The notes under the pieces: model-generated | What the model was told of the DNA's origin: nothing | The model's input: only the letters and a program-made list of their open reading frames with translations | The model's database searches: none | Source: Micavibrio sp. UBA2400 | GTDB taxonomy: Bacteria; Pseudomonadota; Alphaproteobacteria; UBA2400 | Assembly (NCBI GenBank): GCA_002343265.1 | Contig: DDSC01000005.1 | Span: forward strand, 40,596 to 104,595 | Length of the DNA stretch: 64,000 nucleotides | Direction of reading: 5' to 3' | Shown here: piece after piece, positions 32,025 to 42,120 of the stretch | How positions within the stretch are numbered: the stretch's first letter is position 1 | How the letters are laid out: each line of letters starts with the position of its first letter | Position numbers and translations under genes: made by a program

Positions 32025-33974
32025 ATGAGCAAGGTTATCGGCATTGATCTGGGTACGACCAATTCCTGCGTGGCGATCATGGAAGGGGGCCAGCCCAAGG
32101 TGCTGGAGAATACCGAAGGTGCGCGCACCACGCCATCTATCGTCGCTTATGCCAAGGATGGCGAGCGTCTGGTCGGTCAGGCGGCCAAGCGTCAGGCGGT
32201 GACCAACTCCAAGAAGACTTTTTATGCCATCAAGCGTCTGATCGGTCGCCGTGCTGAGGACGCGCAGGTCGAGAAGATGAAGAAAGAGGCTCCGTACCCG
32301 ATCGTGCGTGGCGATAATGGCGACGCGTGGGTTGAAGTGGACGGCAAGAAGATGAGCCCGCCCGAGGTTTCGGCGCAGGTGCTGGTCAAGATGAAGGAAA
32401 CCGCCGAGAAGTATCTTGGTACCCCAGTGACTCAGGCCGTCATTACAGTTCCTGCCTATTTTAACGACGCGCAGCGCCAAGCCACCAAAGACGCTGGCCG
32501 CATCGCTGGCCTTGAGGTGCTTCGCATCATCAACGAGCCGACCGCCGCGGCGCTGGCCTATGGTCTTGAGAAGAAGAAGAGCGGCATCGTTGCCGTGTAT
32601 GATCTCGGCGGTGGTACCTTCGACGTCTCCATCCTCGAGATTGGCGATGGTGTGTTTGAAGTGAAGTCGACCAACGGCGACACCTTCCTTGGCGGTGAAG
32701 ATTTCGACCAGCGCATCATCGACTGGATCGCTGAGGAGTTCAAACGCGAGAACGGGATTGATCTGCGCTCGGATCCGATGACCAAGCAGCGCCTGAAGGC
32801 GGCTGCCGAAAAGGCCAAGATTGAGCTGTCGTCGTCCATGCAGACCGAGATCAATGAGCCCTTCATTACAGCAGATGCATCCGGTCCCAAACATCTCAAC
32901 CTCACCATCACTCGCGCCAAGCTGGAATCGCTGGTTGATGATCTCATCAAGAAGAGCATCGGCCCGTGCGAAGCGGCGCTGAAGGATGCCGGTATTACCA
33001 AAGACCAGATTGATGAAGTGGTGATGGTCGGTGGTATGACCCGTATGCCCAAAGTGGTCGAGACGGTAGAAAAGTTCTTTGGCAAGAAGCCGCATCAGGG
33101 GGTGAACCCGGATGAAGTGGTGGCGGTGGGTGCGGCCATTCAGGGCGGCGTGCTCAAGGGCGAAGTGAAGGACGTGCTCCTGCTTGATGTGACTCCGCTG
33201 AGCCTTGGTATTGAGACGCTGGGCGGGGTGTTTACCCGCCTGATTGACCGCAACACTACTATTCCCACCAAGAAGAGTCAGGTGTTCAGCACCGCCGAGG
33301 ACAACCAGAGCGCGGTTACCATTCGCGTGTTCCAAGGTGAGCGCGAAATGGCGGCCGATAACAAGCTGCTCGGCCAGTTTGACCTCGCTGGTATTCCGCC
33401 CGCCCCGCGTGGCGTACCCAAGATCGAGGTGGCGTTTGATATCGATGCCAACGGCATCGTCTCGGTCTCGGCGAAGGATACCGCCACGGGTAAGGAGCAG
33501 CAGGTGCGCATCTCGCCCAGTGGTGGTCTGTCCAAGGATGATATCGAGAAGATGGTTAAGGAAGCTGAAGCCAATAAGGCGAGCGATCAGAAACGTCGCG
33601 AGCTGATTGAGGCCCGTAACCATGCTGACAGCCTGCTGCACAGCACCGAGCAGCAGGTGCGCGAGCATGCCGACAAGATTGACGCCGGACTCAAGAGCCA
33701 GATCGATACCGCGATGAGCGATCTCAAGAGTGTGAAGGATGGCGAAGATCTGCAAGCCATCAAGGACAAGACACAGGCTCTCAGTCAGGTGGTCATGAAG
33801 GTCGGTGAGGCCATTTACAAGAGTACAGGCGGTGGCCAGACCGGTGGTGATGCGGGCGCGGCAGGAGCCGAAGATCCGGCCGCAGCAGCGGGCGGCACCA
33901 GCGGCGGCAAGAGCGGCGATGATGTGGTCGATGCTGACTTCGAAGAGGTCGACGACAGCAAAAAGCGTGCGTAA
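32025..33974 (+). CDS. dnaK: chaperone DnaK (Hsp70)
   Basis: [20 protein letters not shown]-terminal [10 protein letters not shown]. Confidence 0.99.
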   Translation: MSKVIGIDLGTTNSCVAIMEGGQPKVLENTEGARTTPSIVAYAKDGERLVGQAAKRQAVTNSKKTFYAIKRLIGRRAEDAQVEKMKKEAPYPIVRGDNGDAWVEVDGKKMSPPEVSAQVLVKMKETAEKYLGTPVTQAVITVPAYFNDAQRQATKDAGRIAGLEVLRIINEPTAAALAYGLEKKKSGIVAVYDLGGGTFDVSILEIGDGVFEVKSTNGDTFLGGEDFDQRIIDWIAEEFKRENGIDLRSDPMTKQRLKAAAEKAKIELSSSMQTEINEPFITADASGPKHLNLTITRAKLESLVDDLIKKSIGPCEAALKDAGITKDQIDEVVMVGGMTRMPKVVETVEKFFGKKPHQGVNPDEVVAVGAAIQGGVLKGEVKDVLLLDVTPLSLGIETLGGVFTRLIDRNTTIPTKKSQVFSTAEDNQSAVTIRVFQGEREMAADNKLLGQFDLAGIPPAPRGVPKIEVAFDIDANGIVSVSAKDTATGKEQQVRISPSGGLSKDDIEKMVKEAEANKASDQKRRELIEARNHADSLLHSTEQQVREHADKIDAGLKSQIDTAMSDLKSVKDGEDLQAIKDKTQALSQVVMKVGEAIYKSTGGGQTGGDAGAAGAEDPAAAAGGTSGGKSGDDVVDADFEEVDDSKKRA

Positions 33975-33997
33975 ACACTGATTAAGATGGACTCAAT

Positions 33998-34029
33998 CAC
34001 TCCCTCCTCTTACAAGGAGGGAGTGTTTT
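33998..34029 (+). terminator. rho-independent terminator after dnaK
   Basis: CACTCCCTCCT-CTTACA-AGGAGGGAGTG-TTTT. Confidence 0.8.
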
Positions 34030-34043
34030 CTTGAGGGACCAAA

Positions 34044-34526
34044 ATGGATAGCAAACGACAGGTGAGTTGGGGTGAGATCATATCCGAGGATAGTCCGCTG
34101 CTGCCCCTAGCCGAGGCCTGGCAGAAAGTGGCTGCGCGCGCTTATGGCCAGCCCTACAGTTTAACTCCCACAGCGTTGCACGAGCATGTGGCCCAAGCTG
34201 CCTACGGCTTTCTGGTCACCATTTCAAAAGCCCTTGGTGATAACAATATGCCGAACTTCGATATAACCCCTAAAGATGGCCGCTCGCCGCTCGATGAGGG
34301 TTTTTTTGTCCGCGTTGGCTTTTTGTCTGAGGATTTCCCGGCTGCCGCCCGCGCTCTGCATGAGCAGATTGAACGTTGGGCTGATACAGCGCTACACATC
34401 GCTGCTTGTGGTGCCGATGTCCAGCGTCAGGAAGATCGTATTGTCTTAACTGCGTCTCCATGCAGCATCGAGAGAAAGCCTCTGACCCGGCCACGCGCAC
34501 ACGTCGTGAAGTTCGGGGCTGAGTGA
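34044..34526 (+). CDS. hypothetical protein between dnaK and dnaJ
   Basis: RBS GAGGGA; 160-aa ORF with no recognisable motif. Confidence 0.6.
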   Translation: MDSKRQVSWGEIISEDSPLLPLAEAWQKVAARAYGQPYSLTPTALHEHVAQAAYGFLVTISKALGDNNMPNFDITPKDGRSPLDEGFFVRVGFLSEDFPAAARALHEQIERWADTALHIAACGADVQRQEDRIVLTASPCSIERKPLTRPRAHVVKFGAE

Positions 34527-34548
34527 TCTGAACTAGGAGGGATGAAAG

Positions 34549-35178
34549 ATGCAGCCCATTACCATTACTCCTGTGAATGGCCGCGCCCCCACGCTGTGTT
34601 TTGGTTTGGCATGGGATCAGGCCAAGCTCGACCCCGCGGTAGCTGCTTTGCGCCGCGGCCTTGATCCGAGCCGCATGCCGGCTATTAAAAAGCAGCCCGA
34701 ATTTGCCAATGCGTTGCTGCGCACTCCCGGCGACAGTAGCGATCTTGATGCGCTGGTGTTCTATTTTGGTGACGGGGCCAAGCTCAAGGGCTATCTGGGT
34801 GGCGTCTATGATATGGCACTTGATGGTGCGCTGGCCCATAGCGGGGATGACCGTAGCGGCCATGGCGAGGGTTGGGACGAACTGGTTGTGATTAATCTCG
34901 AGATGGTGCCACCCGATGTTTCGGCACTGGCGCTGGTGGTTGATGTCAGCTCAGGTCCGCGCCTTGATAAAGTGAAAGGGTTGCGTTCTCAGTTGTTCTA
35001 CGCCCAATCCGGCCAAGCACTCCTGACGTTTGAGGCGCGGCCCGAGCCGGAGAGCAGCACGCTATTGCTGGGAATCATTCGCCGCACACCGGAGGGATTT
35101 GTGGTTAGCCCGGCACAGGCATTCATGGCGACCGATACCAGTGCCGCACTGGAAACTTGGTGGAGAGAGTATCTCTAA
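34549..35178 (+). CDS. TerD/TerZ-family stress protein
   Basis: [24 protein letters not shown]; RBS AGGAGG; TAATG-coupled to dnaJ. Confidence 0.8.
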   Translation: MQPITITPVNGRAPTLCFGLAWDQAKLDPAVAALRRGLDPSRMPAIKKQPEFANALLRTPGDSSDLDALVFYFGDGAKLKGYLGGVYDMALDGALAHSGDDRSGHGEGWDELVVINLEMVPPDVSALALVVDVSSGPRLDKVKGLRSQLFYAQSGQALLTFEARPEPESSTLLLGIIRRTPEGFVVSPAQAFMATDTSAALETWWREYL

Positions 35179-36347
35179 TGTCGAGCAAGCACGATTATTA
35201 TAGCGTTCTGGGCGTTGCCAAATCCGCCAGCGCCGATGAGCTGAAGAAAGCCTATCGTCAGAAGGCCATGCAGTATCATCCGGATAAAAATCCGGGCGAC
35301 AAGGCGGCCGAGGCGCATTTCAAAGAGGTGAATGAGGCCTATGACGTGCTGCGCGACGATCAAAAGCGCGCCGCCTACGATCGGCTGGGCCACACTGCCT
35401 TCACCCAAGGCGGGGGCAATCGCGCTGGTGGTGGCATGGGTGGTGACCCGTTCGGCTTTGGTGGGTTTGGCGGCGGTGGCATGGGCGGCTTTGCCGATAT
35501 CTTTGATGAGATGTTCGGCGAATTCATGTCCGGCGGGCAGCAGCGTGGGCAGGGTGGTGGCGGTCGCGGCACTGACTTGCGCTATAATCTGGAAATTTCA
35601 CTGGAAGAGGCTTTCAAGGGCAAACCGGCGCAACTGCGTATCCCCACTTCGGTCAGCTGTGAGAGCTGCAATGGCAGCGGTGCCAAGCCCGGCACTCAGC
35701 CGGTACAGTGCCCAACCTGCCATGGCCATGGCAAAATCCGCGCCCAGCAGGGTTTCTTTACCATCGAGCGCAGTTGCCCGGCGTGTGGCGGTGCTGGCCG
35801 TGTCATCAAAACCCCTTGTCCCACCTGCACCGGTACCGGTCGCACCCGCAAGGAGCGCAGCTTGAAGGTGGACATTCCACCGGGAGTGGAAGATGGCACT
35901 CGTATTCGTCTGGGGGGCGAGGGAGAGGCTGGGTTGCGCGGGTCACCGCCGGGTGATCTCTATATTTTCCTCAGTGTGAAGCCGCATCCGCTGTTCAGCC
36001 GCGAAGGCGCGGATCTGCATTGCCGGGTACCTATCCCCATGACCACCGCCGCGTTGGGCGGCGAGGTGGACATTCCGGTGGTGGATGGAACCACAACGCG
36101 GGTGAGTATCAACCCCGGCACCCAAACCGGGCAGCAATACCGTCTGCGTGGCAAGGGTATGAGCGTGATGAAGTCCAGCCATCGCGGTGATCTCTACGTG
36201 GAGACAGTGGTGGAAACGCCGCGCAACCTCACCAGAAAACAGGAAGAGCTACTGCGAGAGTTTGCCGCTGAGAGCAGCAGCAACAGTCCGGAGAGTCAGA
36301 GTTTTCTGGGCCGGGTGAAAGAGTTCTTCGACGGCCTGAAGGCCTAA
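35178..36347 (+). CDS. dnaJ: chaperone DnaJ
   Basis: J domain HPD, G/F-rich region, four CxxCxGxG repeats. Confidence 0.98.
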   Translation: MSSKHDYYSVLGVAKSASADELKKAYRQKAMQYHPDKNPGDKAAEAHFKEVNEAYDVLRDDQKRAAYDRLGHTAFTQGGGNRAGGGMGGDPFGFGGFGGGGMGGFADIFDEMFGEFMSGGQQRGQGGGGRGTDLRYNLEISLEEAFKGKPAQLRIPTSVSCESCNGSGAKPGTQPVQCPTCHGHGKIRAQQGFFTIERSCPACGGAGRVIKTPCPTCTGTGRTRKERSLKVDIPPGVEDGTRIRLGGEGEAGLRGSPPGDLYIFLSVKPHPLFSREGADLHCRVPIPMTTAALGGEVDIPVVDGTTTRVSINPGTQTGQQYRLRGKGMSVMKSSHRGDLYVETVVETPRNLTRKQEELLREFAAESSSNSPESQSFLGRVKEFFDGLKA

Positions 36348-36739
36348 ACCGGGCGGAAATGTCGGGTAAGTTCGCTCAGCACGGTGCGCTCGTAAGGTGT
36401 GTAGAGATTACCATCGCTCAACAGAAAAGCTGCTGCCTTGGCGTTGATTTGTACATAGGGCTCTGAGCGGGCGTAGCTGACGACGTCTTTGCGCCACAGC
36501 TCAAGCAGGGCATCATCAAGCCCGACATAGGTATGCACAAGGGGGGATTGACGCAGGCCGGTCGGAAAGGTGGCCACAGCACGATCTGATCGTTGCAGAA
36601 TGTTGAACTGCGTCACCACCGGGTGCATGGCAGCATGGTGTGCATTCCGTTCGGTCGCAAGAATCTTGTGTCCCCGCGCGGACAGGCTCAGTACGATACC
36701 CTGCCAGAAATGCTGGCGCTTGTGGTCGTGTGTGCTCAT
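36344..36739 (-). CDS. hypothetical protein, paralog of 36736..37179
   Basis: ATGA coupling with the upstream gene; alignable over its full length. Confidence 0.7.
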   Translation of the reverse strand: MSTHDHKRQHFWQGIVLSLSARGHKILATERNAHHAAMHPVVTQFNILQRSDRAVATFPTGLRQSPLVHTYVGLDDALLELWRKDVVSYARSEPYVQINAKAAAFLLSDGNLYTPYERTVLSELTRHFRPV

Positions 36740-37179
36740 GGCTGGGGGTGGTTTGCCGTGGGGCGATAGCGCTTGGCGATTTCAATCAAAACCGATTGTT
36801 GCAGGGGTGTAAAAAGCTGCTGGAAGGCTTCCGTGGCAGGCCCGGGCAGGATATCGACTTGGCCTGGCTCCACCACGTGCGCAACGCCGCGGGCAATGAG
36901 TGTCTCTAGTGCATGATCGAAATACTCTCCCTCGTGCCGCACATAAGAAAACATGCGGCTTGGGAAGCGAATTTTCTGCTCGGCCAGCTTGAACGCTACT
37001 ACTACTGGCTTAATAGCCTTATGATGGGTGTTATTCACTGTATCAATTCGGGTATAGCCGCGGACAGCCAGTGCCATAACGAGTCCGCCATACAGGCGAT
37101 CATTATCCACTTCATACTGCGGGAAACCAAAGCGGCTGGCGAGGGCTTGGGAATGCGGGGATGGCTTGGGCATCTTCAT
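36736..37179 (-). CDS. hypothetical protein, paralog of 36344..36739
   Basis: TTGACT-N18-TTATAT promoter 6 nt before ATG 37179; shared motifs with its neighbour. Confidence 0.7.
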   Translation of the reverse strand: MKMPKPSPHSQALASRFGFPQYEVDNDRLYGGLVMALAVRGYTRIDTVNNTHHKAIKPVVVAFKLAEQKIRFPSRMFSYVRHEGEYFDHALETLIARGVAHVVEPGQVDILPGPATEAFQQLFTPLQQSVLIEIAKRYRPTANHPQP

Positions 37180-37227
37180 GTCCGCATATAACGAAATTCC
37201 CGCCCGTAAAGTCAAACAAAAATCGCA

Positions 37228-38028
37228 TTAATCTTTATGAAGACGAGAGAGGAGGAACAGCGCGCTGGCGCATGCCACCATCGCCGGGCCAGCCGGAATA
37301 TCCCAATAAAGCGAAGCAAAAAGCCCGAGTGTGCTGGCTAGCAGGGCGCACAGACTGGCGAGAACAGCCATGACTTCAGGTGTTTTGGCATAGCGCCGGG
37401 CGGTAGCAGCGGGAATAATCAGTAGCGCCGTGAGGAGCAGAACTCCCACCAGCTGTACGCCAACTGCCACCACCAGCGCCAATAACAGCAGGAAGGCTAG
37501 TTCCAGCCGCCGTACCGGTGCGCCGCTTGCTTGGGCAACGTCTCGCGCGATTGTCAGTTGTAGTAGTCCGCCCCAGAGCAGGCGCAGTGTTAGCAAAGCT
37601 ATACTCGCGCTAGCAGCCAGCGTGATGAGCTGGGTCTGGGTGATCGCCAACACATCACCAAACAGATAACTGTTGAGGTCGATGCGTACCTGCGGCAACT
37701 GACTGAGCGCAATCAGGCCCAACGCCAGCGCAGTCGGGCTGAGAATACCCAGTAAGGTGTCGTGCGCAATATCACCACGCAGACTTAAAAGGCTGAACGC
37801 CACCGCAAACAGCACCCCCAGAATCAGCACGGCAGGAAGAATGGGTAGCTCAAGCAGCAGACCCAGCGCCACCCCCAGCAGTGCCGCATGGGCCAGCGCG
37901 TCGCCAAAAAACGCCATGCGCCGCCAGACCAGTACACAGCCCAGCGGTCCGGTGAGCAGGGCCAGCAGTCCGCCCGCCAGCAGTGCGCGGAGAAAAAAAT
38001 CAGGCAGGTCAGTGATGATGGTGGTCAT
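37228..38028 (-). CDS. znuB: zinc ABC transporter permease
   Basis: VWRRMAFFGDALAHAALLG, YLFGDVL; multiple TM segments. Confidence 0.93.
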   Translation of the reverse strand: MTTIITDLPDFFLRALLAGGLLALLTGPLGCVLVWRRMAFFGDALAHAALLGVALGLLLELPILPAVLILGVLFAVAFSLLSLRGDIAHDTLLGILSPTALALGLIALSQLPQVRIDLNSYLFGDVLAITQTQLITLAASASIALLTLRLLWGGLLQLTIARDVAQASGAPVRRLELAFLLLLALVVAVGVQLVGVLLLTALLIIPAATARRYAKTPEVMAVLASLCALLASTLGLFASLYWDIPAGPAMVACASALFLLSRLHKD

Positions 38029-38716
38029 GATCGTGATGATGGTGGTAAACGGCAAAACTGGTGTCGTGCGGGCCAAACAACGCGGCATAGGCCGGATCGC
38101 GGCTCACATCCTCGGGCTTGCCTTGGCAGCAGATATGGCCATGCAGGCAGATGACGCGGTCGGTCTTGCGCATCACGAGGGTGAGGTCATGCGAGACGAG
38201 CAGCACTGCACAGCCTGTGATGTCGCGCACCTTGGCAAGGGTGTCATACAGCTCGCGCTGTCCGGCAAGGTCGAGCGCTTGGGCTGGCTCATCCAGCACC
38301 AGTAATTGCGGCTGACCGATGAGCGCACGGGCTAGCAAGACGCGCTGTAATTCACCGCCTGATAGTTTTGCCAGCGGTGTATTCAACAAGTGTTCAGCTC
38401 CGGTACTTGCGACCGCTTGTATAAAATCGCCCCACAGGGCCAGAAAGCGGCCGGCGGTGATGGGCAGCAACGGATCAAGATTCAGTTTTTGGGGCACATA
38501 GCCAATGCGCAAATCAGCGGCGCGGGTCACGCGGCCAGCACTCAGGTCTGTCAGGCCCAGCAGCGCCCGCAGCAAAGTGGTTTTGCCAGCGCCATTAGGC
38601 CCGACAATGCTGATGATCTCTCCTGCCTGCACAGCGAGGGTAATGCCGTGCAGCACACTGCGGCCATCAAGGGTGACGGCAATGTCGGCAGCCTGAAGCA
38701 GAGGGGCGTTGGTCAT
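38009..38716 (-). CDS. znuC: zinc ABC transporter ATP-binding protein
   Basis: GPNGAGKT, LSGGE, LDEP, ICCQG and a His-rich tail. Confidence 0.94.
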   Translation of the reverse strand: MTNAPLLQAADIAVTLDGRSVLHGITLAVQAGEIISIVGPNGAGKTTLLRALLGLTDLSAGRVTRAADLRIGYVPQKLNLDPLLPITAGRFLALWGDFIQAVASTGAEHLLNTPLAKLSGGELQRVLLARALIGQPQLLVLDEPAQALDLAGQRELYDTLAKVRDITGCAVLLVSHDLTLVMRKTDRVICLHGHICCQGKPEDVSRDPAYAALFGPHDTSFAVYHHHHDHDHHHH

Positions 38717-38728
38717 GGCTCTTGCATA

Positions 38729-38745
38729 ATGTTATATTATAACAT
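38729..38745. promoter_or_regulatory. Zur box
   Basis: perfect palindrome ATGTTATA-T-TATAACAT between divergent znuC and znuA. Confidence 0.9.
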
Positions 38746-38785
38746 ACAGTGGGGGCGGTTTTAACACAGCGGGTGGGAGCTTGTC

Positions 38786-39691
38786 ATGCTAAAAAATGTG
38801 ATCGTGTTATTGCTGGTTTTATTAGCTTTTCCAGCTCGCGCCGAGGTACCCAAGGTGGTGGTCACCATCGCGCCGTTGGCGGGCGTTGCCGCCGCCGTGA
38901 TGGATGGCATCGGCACGCCCGACCTGCTGATAAATGGTAACGCCAGCCCGCATACCTATCAGCTGAAACCGAGTGATATCAAAAAACTGGAAGAGGCTGA
39001 TCTGGTGGTCTGGGTGGGTGAGGGGCTGGAGACATCATTAGCAAAAGTTTTGGAAAAACGTTCCCAGGTTTTGGAGCTAAGCGGACAAGAGGGCCTGATA
39101 CATCTTGCACCTCGTGCGGGTGGTGTGTGGGAATCCGAGCTGGAACACAATCATGACCACGACCACGATCATGGTGCCGTTGATCCGCATCTCTGGCTCA
39201 GTCCACAAAACGCGGCTGCTCTCGCCGCATTGCTGGCCGAGCGACTGGCTCAGAAAGATCCGGCTCATGCCGCGCAATACAGCGCCAATGCGCAGAAATT
39301 TTCGCATCAGCTCGTTGCGCTGGATAAATCCATCCGCGCTCAGCTTTCACCACATGCACGCGTTCCCTTCATCGTTTTTCATGATGCCTACCAGTATTTT
39401 GAAAAACAGTATGGCTTGAACGGGGCCGGGGCTATTACCCTCTCGCCGGATGTCACACCATCGGCCAGGCGCATCGCGCAGTTGCGTCAGCGCATCAATG
39501 ACGATGGCGTTGTCTGCGTCTTAGCCGAGCCACAATTCCGCTCCGATATCGTCGATACATTGATCGAGGGTACTGGCGCACGTAAAGGGTTGGTCAACCC
39601 CGACGCGAGCGACTTACCGATTACGCCACGCCTGTATTTTGATTACATGCAGCGATTGGCGGAGGGTTTCTCAAGCTGCCTCAAGGGTTAG
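38786..39691 (+). CDS. znuA: zinc ABC transporter substrate-binding protein
   Basis: signal peptide, SPHTYQLKPSD, His-rich loop, DPHLWL, FHDAYQYFE. Confidence 0.95.
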   Translation: MLKNVIVLLLVLLAFPARAEVPKVVVTIAPLAGVAAAVMDGIGTPDLLINGNASPHTYQLKPSDIKKLEEADLVVWVGEGLETSLAKVLEKRSQVLELSGQEGLIHLAPRAGGVWESELEHNHDHDHDHGAVDPHLWLSPQNAAALAALLAERLAQKDPAHAAQYSANAQKFSHQLVALDKSIRAQLSPHARVPFIVFHDAYQYFEKQYGLNGAGAITLSPDVTPSARRIAQLRQRINDDGVVCVLAEPQFRSDIVDTLIEGTGARKGLVNPDASDLPITPRLYFDYMQRLAEGFSSCLKG

Positions 39692-40252
39692 CCAACGCCG
39701 TTTGCAGGCTTCACCACTACTAAAGCCGCTGATGCTACCATCGCTATGGCCAACGCGATGGCACGGCACCAGCCACGGCGCCGGATTTGCCCCTACAGCA
39801 TTGCCAACAGCACGCGCGGCATTGGGTTTACCCAGTGCCTTGGCCAGATCGCCGTAGCGCACTAGGGTTCCGCGCGGGATACGCAGCAGTAAGCGCCACA
39901 CACTATGCTGGAACGGCGTGCCCACCAGCAGTAGTGGCAGCGCGGCAGGCTCACGCTTGAGGGCCTGTGTCATGAGCGGCAGTTTCTTCTCGCGCAAACT
40001 GGCCCTGCCCCAGAATGCCTTGAAGGCGTGGATGGCCCGCGCCTCGCCCAGATCAGTCGGGCTGATCCAGCAGATCGCACCTTCAAACACCGCCACCAGC
40101 GCCCGGCCATTCTGGCCATCCACCACCGCCCAGTCGATGGCCAGATTGCGAATCTCCTTCGGGCTGGCAAAGCGAACATGGCTGATCGCCTGCGGGCGGC
40201 GCAGGATCTTGGCGGCATCGGCTTCACTGAGAAAATTCGGGACGAGGGTCAT
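39671..40252 (-). CDS. ogt: methylated-DNA--protein-cysteine methyltransferase
   Basis: GTPFQHSVW, ARAVGNAVGANP, PCHRV active site. Confidence 0.9.
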   Translation of the reverse strand: MTLVPNFLSEADAAKILRRPQAISHVRFASPKEIRNLAIDWAVVDGQNGRALVAVFEGAICWISPTDLGEARAIHAFKAFWGRASLREKKLPLMTQALKREPAALPLLLVGTPFQHSVWRLLLRIPRGTLVRYGDLAKALGKPNAARAVGNAVGANPAPWLVPCHRVGHSDGSISGFSSGEACKRRWLTLEAA

Positions 40253-40288
40253 CTGGTGCAACTCCGGTTTGTAGGCTAAGTCTAGGCC

Positions 40289-40921
40289 ATGACGCCTGCC
40301 AAGACTACCCAATTCTTTACTCGCCTGCGTGCGGCCAACCCGCATCCCAAAAGTGATCTGGATTACACCAACCCCTATACCTTACTGGTTGCCGTGGTGC
40401 TTTCAGCCCAGACCACCGATGCCGGTGTGAACAAGGCCACCCGCGCCTTGTTCGCCAAGGTTGATACACCACAGCAAATGCTGGTGCTGGGGGAAGAGGC
40501 CCTCAAGGAGCACATAAAGACCATTGGCCTGTTTAATACCAAGGCCAAAAACGTCATCGCTCTCTCGCGTCAACTGGTCGAGCAACATAACGGGCAGGTG
40601 CCACGCTCGCGCGACGCGCTGCAACAGCTGCCCGGCGTGGGCCGTAAGACTGCCAATGTAGTGCTTAATGTCGCGTTCGGCGAGCCGACCCTTGCTGTGG
40701 ATACTCACGTGTTTCGTGTGGCCAACCGCACGGGTCTTGCCCCCGGTAAGGATGTCGATGCGGTGGAAGAAAAGCTGCTGAAGGTCATTCCTGCTGAATT
40801 TTTACAGCATGCGCATCATTGGCTCATTCTGCATGGGCGCTATGTGTGCAAGGCCCGTGCGCCGGACTGCGCGGCGTGTGTGGTACGCGATCTGTGCGCC
40901 TTCAAGGATAAGACAGCCTAA
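40289..40921 (+). CDS. nth: endonuclease III
   Basis: LSAQTTD, LPGVGRKTANVV HhH, VDTHV, C-x6-C-x2-C-x5-C Fe-S motif. Confidence 0.97.
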   Translation: MTPAKTTQFFTRLRAANPHPKSDLDYTNPYTLLVAVVLSAQTTDAGVNKATRALFAKVDTPQQMLVLGEEALKEHIKTIGLFNTKAKNVIALSRQLVEQHNGQVPRSRDALQQLPGVGRKTANVVLNVAFGEPTLAVDTHVFRVANRTGLAPGKDVDAVEEKLLKVIPAEFLQHAHHWLILHGRYVCKARAPDCAACVVRDLCAFKDKTA

Positions 40922-41418
40922 TTCTCGGCGCTGACCTGCAGAGCAAACAGGCAGTCTGTCGCAAAGGCATCATCAGCGCCCGTATCTGGATCGGTATGAC
41001 GCACCTCGGCATGAGTGACGCGGTCTGGTTGCTGCTCACCGTAGAGGTATACGTCAAGAACACAGGTGCCGCTGTTATATTGCCAGATCTCTGCTGGTGG
41101 TTCACGTCGGATCAGCAGCGGCGGGCCGAAGATCTGGCGGATGTCGGCAGCGCGTCGTCCCACCAGCTCCCGCGCGGTTGCAGGGGCATCGCTGACAAGG
41201 ACGACCAAAGGCATGACCGCTACCGTGCGGCCGTTTGGGAAGGCTCCTGCCAGTCCCATCGCGCCCACGACCAACCCGGTCAGCACCAGCGTGGCAGCCA
41301 GAAAAAAGCGCAGGCTCGGGCGCTCCGGCCATTCCGGCCATAAAGGAACAGGCCGCAGTTCCTTGGCCAATTGGCGGGAGACTGCGGCCTGTGAATGCAG
41401 GGCGGGCATCGGCGCCAA
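40918..41418 (-). CDS. hypothetical membrane-anchored protein
   Basis: TM segment followed by FGPPLLIRREPPAEIWQY...CVLDVYLY; start uncertain. Confidence 0.6.
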   Translation of the reverse strand: MAPMPALHSQAAVSRQLAKELRPVPLWPEWPERPSLRFFLAATLVLTGLVVGAMGLAGAFPNGRTVAVMPLVVLVSDAPATARELVGRRAADIRQIFGPPLLIRREPPAEIWQYNSGTCVLDVYLYGEQQPDRVTHAEVRHTDPDTGADDAFATDCLFALQVSAEN

Positions 41419-41435
41419 CCCGTGGTCAGATCCGC

Positions 41436-42095
41436 TTAGGCATTGGCACCGGCAGCAGCTTTGGCCGGGGCAGCGTCGCTGCTCTTCTGGTTGGCCGGGG
41501 CCAGAACCTTCAGCTCACCGGTCAGGCGGCCACCAGCTTCAACCTCGATCTCGCCATAGCTCAGGGTGCCTTCAATCTGGCCGGTGCTACGCAGCTTCAG
41601 GCGGCCACGTACGGTCAGGGTACCCTCAAACTTGCCAGCGATATCGGCTTCATCAACTTCGGCCGAGCCTTTGAAGTGTCCGGCTTCGGTGATCTCGAGA
41701 TGGCGACCATCGCGCAGAGTGGCTTCGATATGACCTTCCACCACGAGAATGTCACACGCGGTGATGTTGCCTGACAGCGAAATCTCGCGGCCAACGATCA
41801 GCTTGCGTAGGGCGCCATTGTCGCCGCTGCCCATGGGGGCAGCTTCGCCGGAGGCGCTGACGCGGCGGGCCATCACGCCGGGAATGCCACCAAAGCGGCT
41901 GGCGGGCAGATCAGCCTTGGCCGCCGGAGCGGTCGGGGCCGGGGTACCAGCGGGGCGGGTCATCAGCGGCTGTACGGTGGCTGTCGCGGCCGGGGCGGCT
42001 GGACTTGCTGCCGGGGCGCTACGCAGCGGCAGCTCGTTGCTGCTGGTGGTTTCTTCAGTTTGCAGACCGGAGACAGGATTGTTACGACGGAACAT
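41436..42095 (-). CDS. bactofilin (polymer-forming cytoskeletal protein)
   Basis: LIVGREISLSGNI...LVVEG...GQIEGTLSYGEIEVEAGG beta-helix; Pro/Ala-rich N-terminus. Confidence 0.9.
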   Translation of the reverse strand: MFRRNNPVSGLQTEETTSSNELPLRSAPAASPAAPAATATVQPLMTRPAGTPAPTAPAAKADLPASRFGGIPGVMARRVSASGEAAPMGSGDNGALRKLIVGREISLSGNITACDILVVEGHIEATLRDGRHLEITEAGHFKGSAEVDEADIAGKFEGTLTVRGRLKLRSTGQIEGTLSYGEIEVEAGGRLTGELKVLAPANQKSSDAAPAKAAAGANA

Positions 42096-42120
42096 TCAGA
42101 CCCTCTTTGCTGTTAAAATG

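Noticed and set aside
31977-33755. 592-aa antisense ORF opposite dnaK
   Set aside because: A well-known antisense open frame of Hsp70 genes, with no independent evidence of coding.
38009-39180. CAT/GAT/CAC short repeats
   Set aside because: They encode the ordinary His-rich segments of ZnuC and ZnuA and are not a repeat element.
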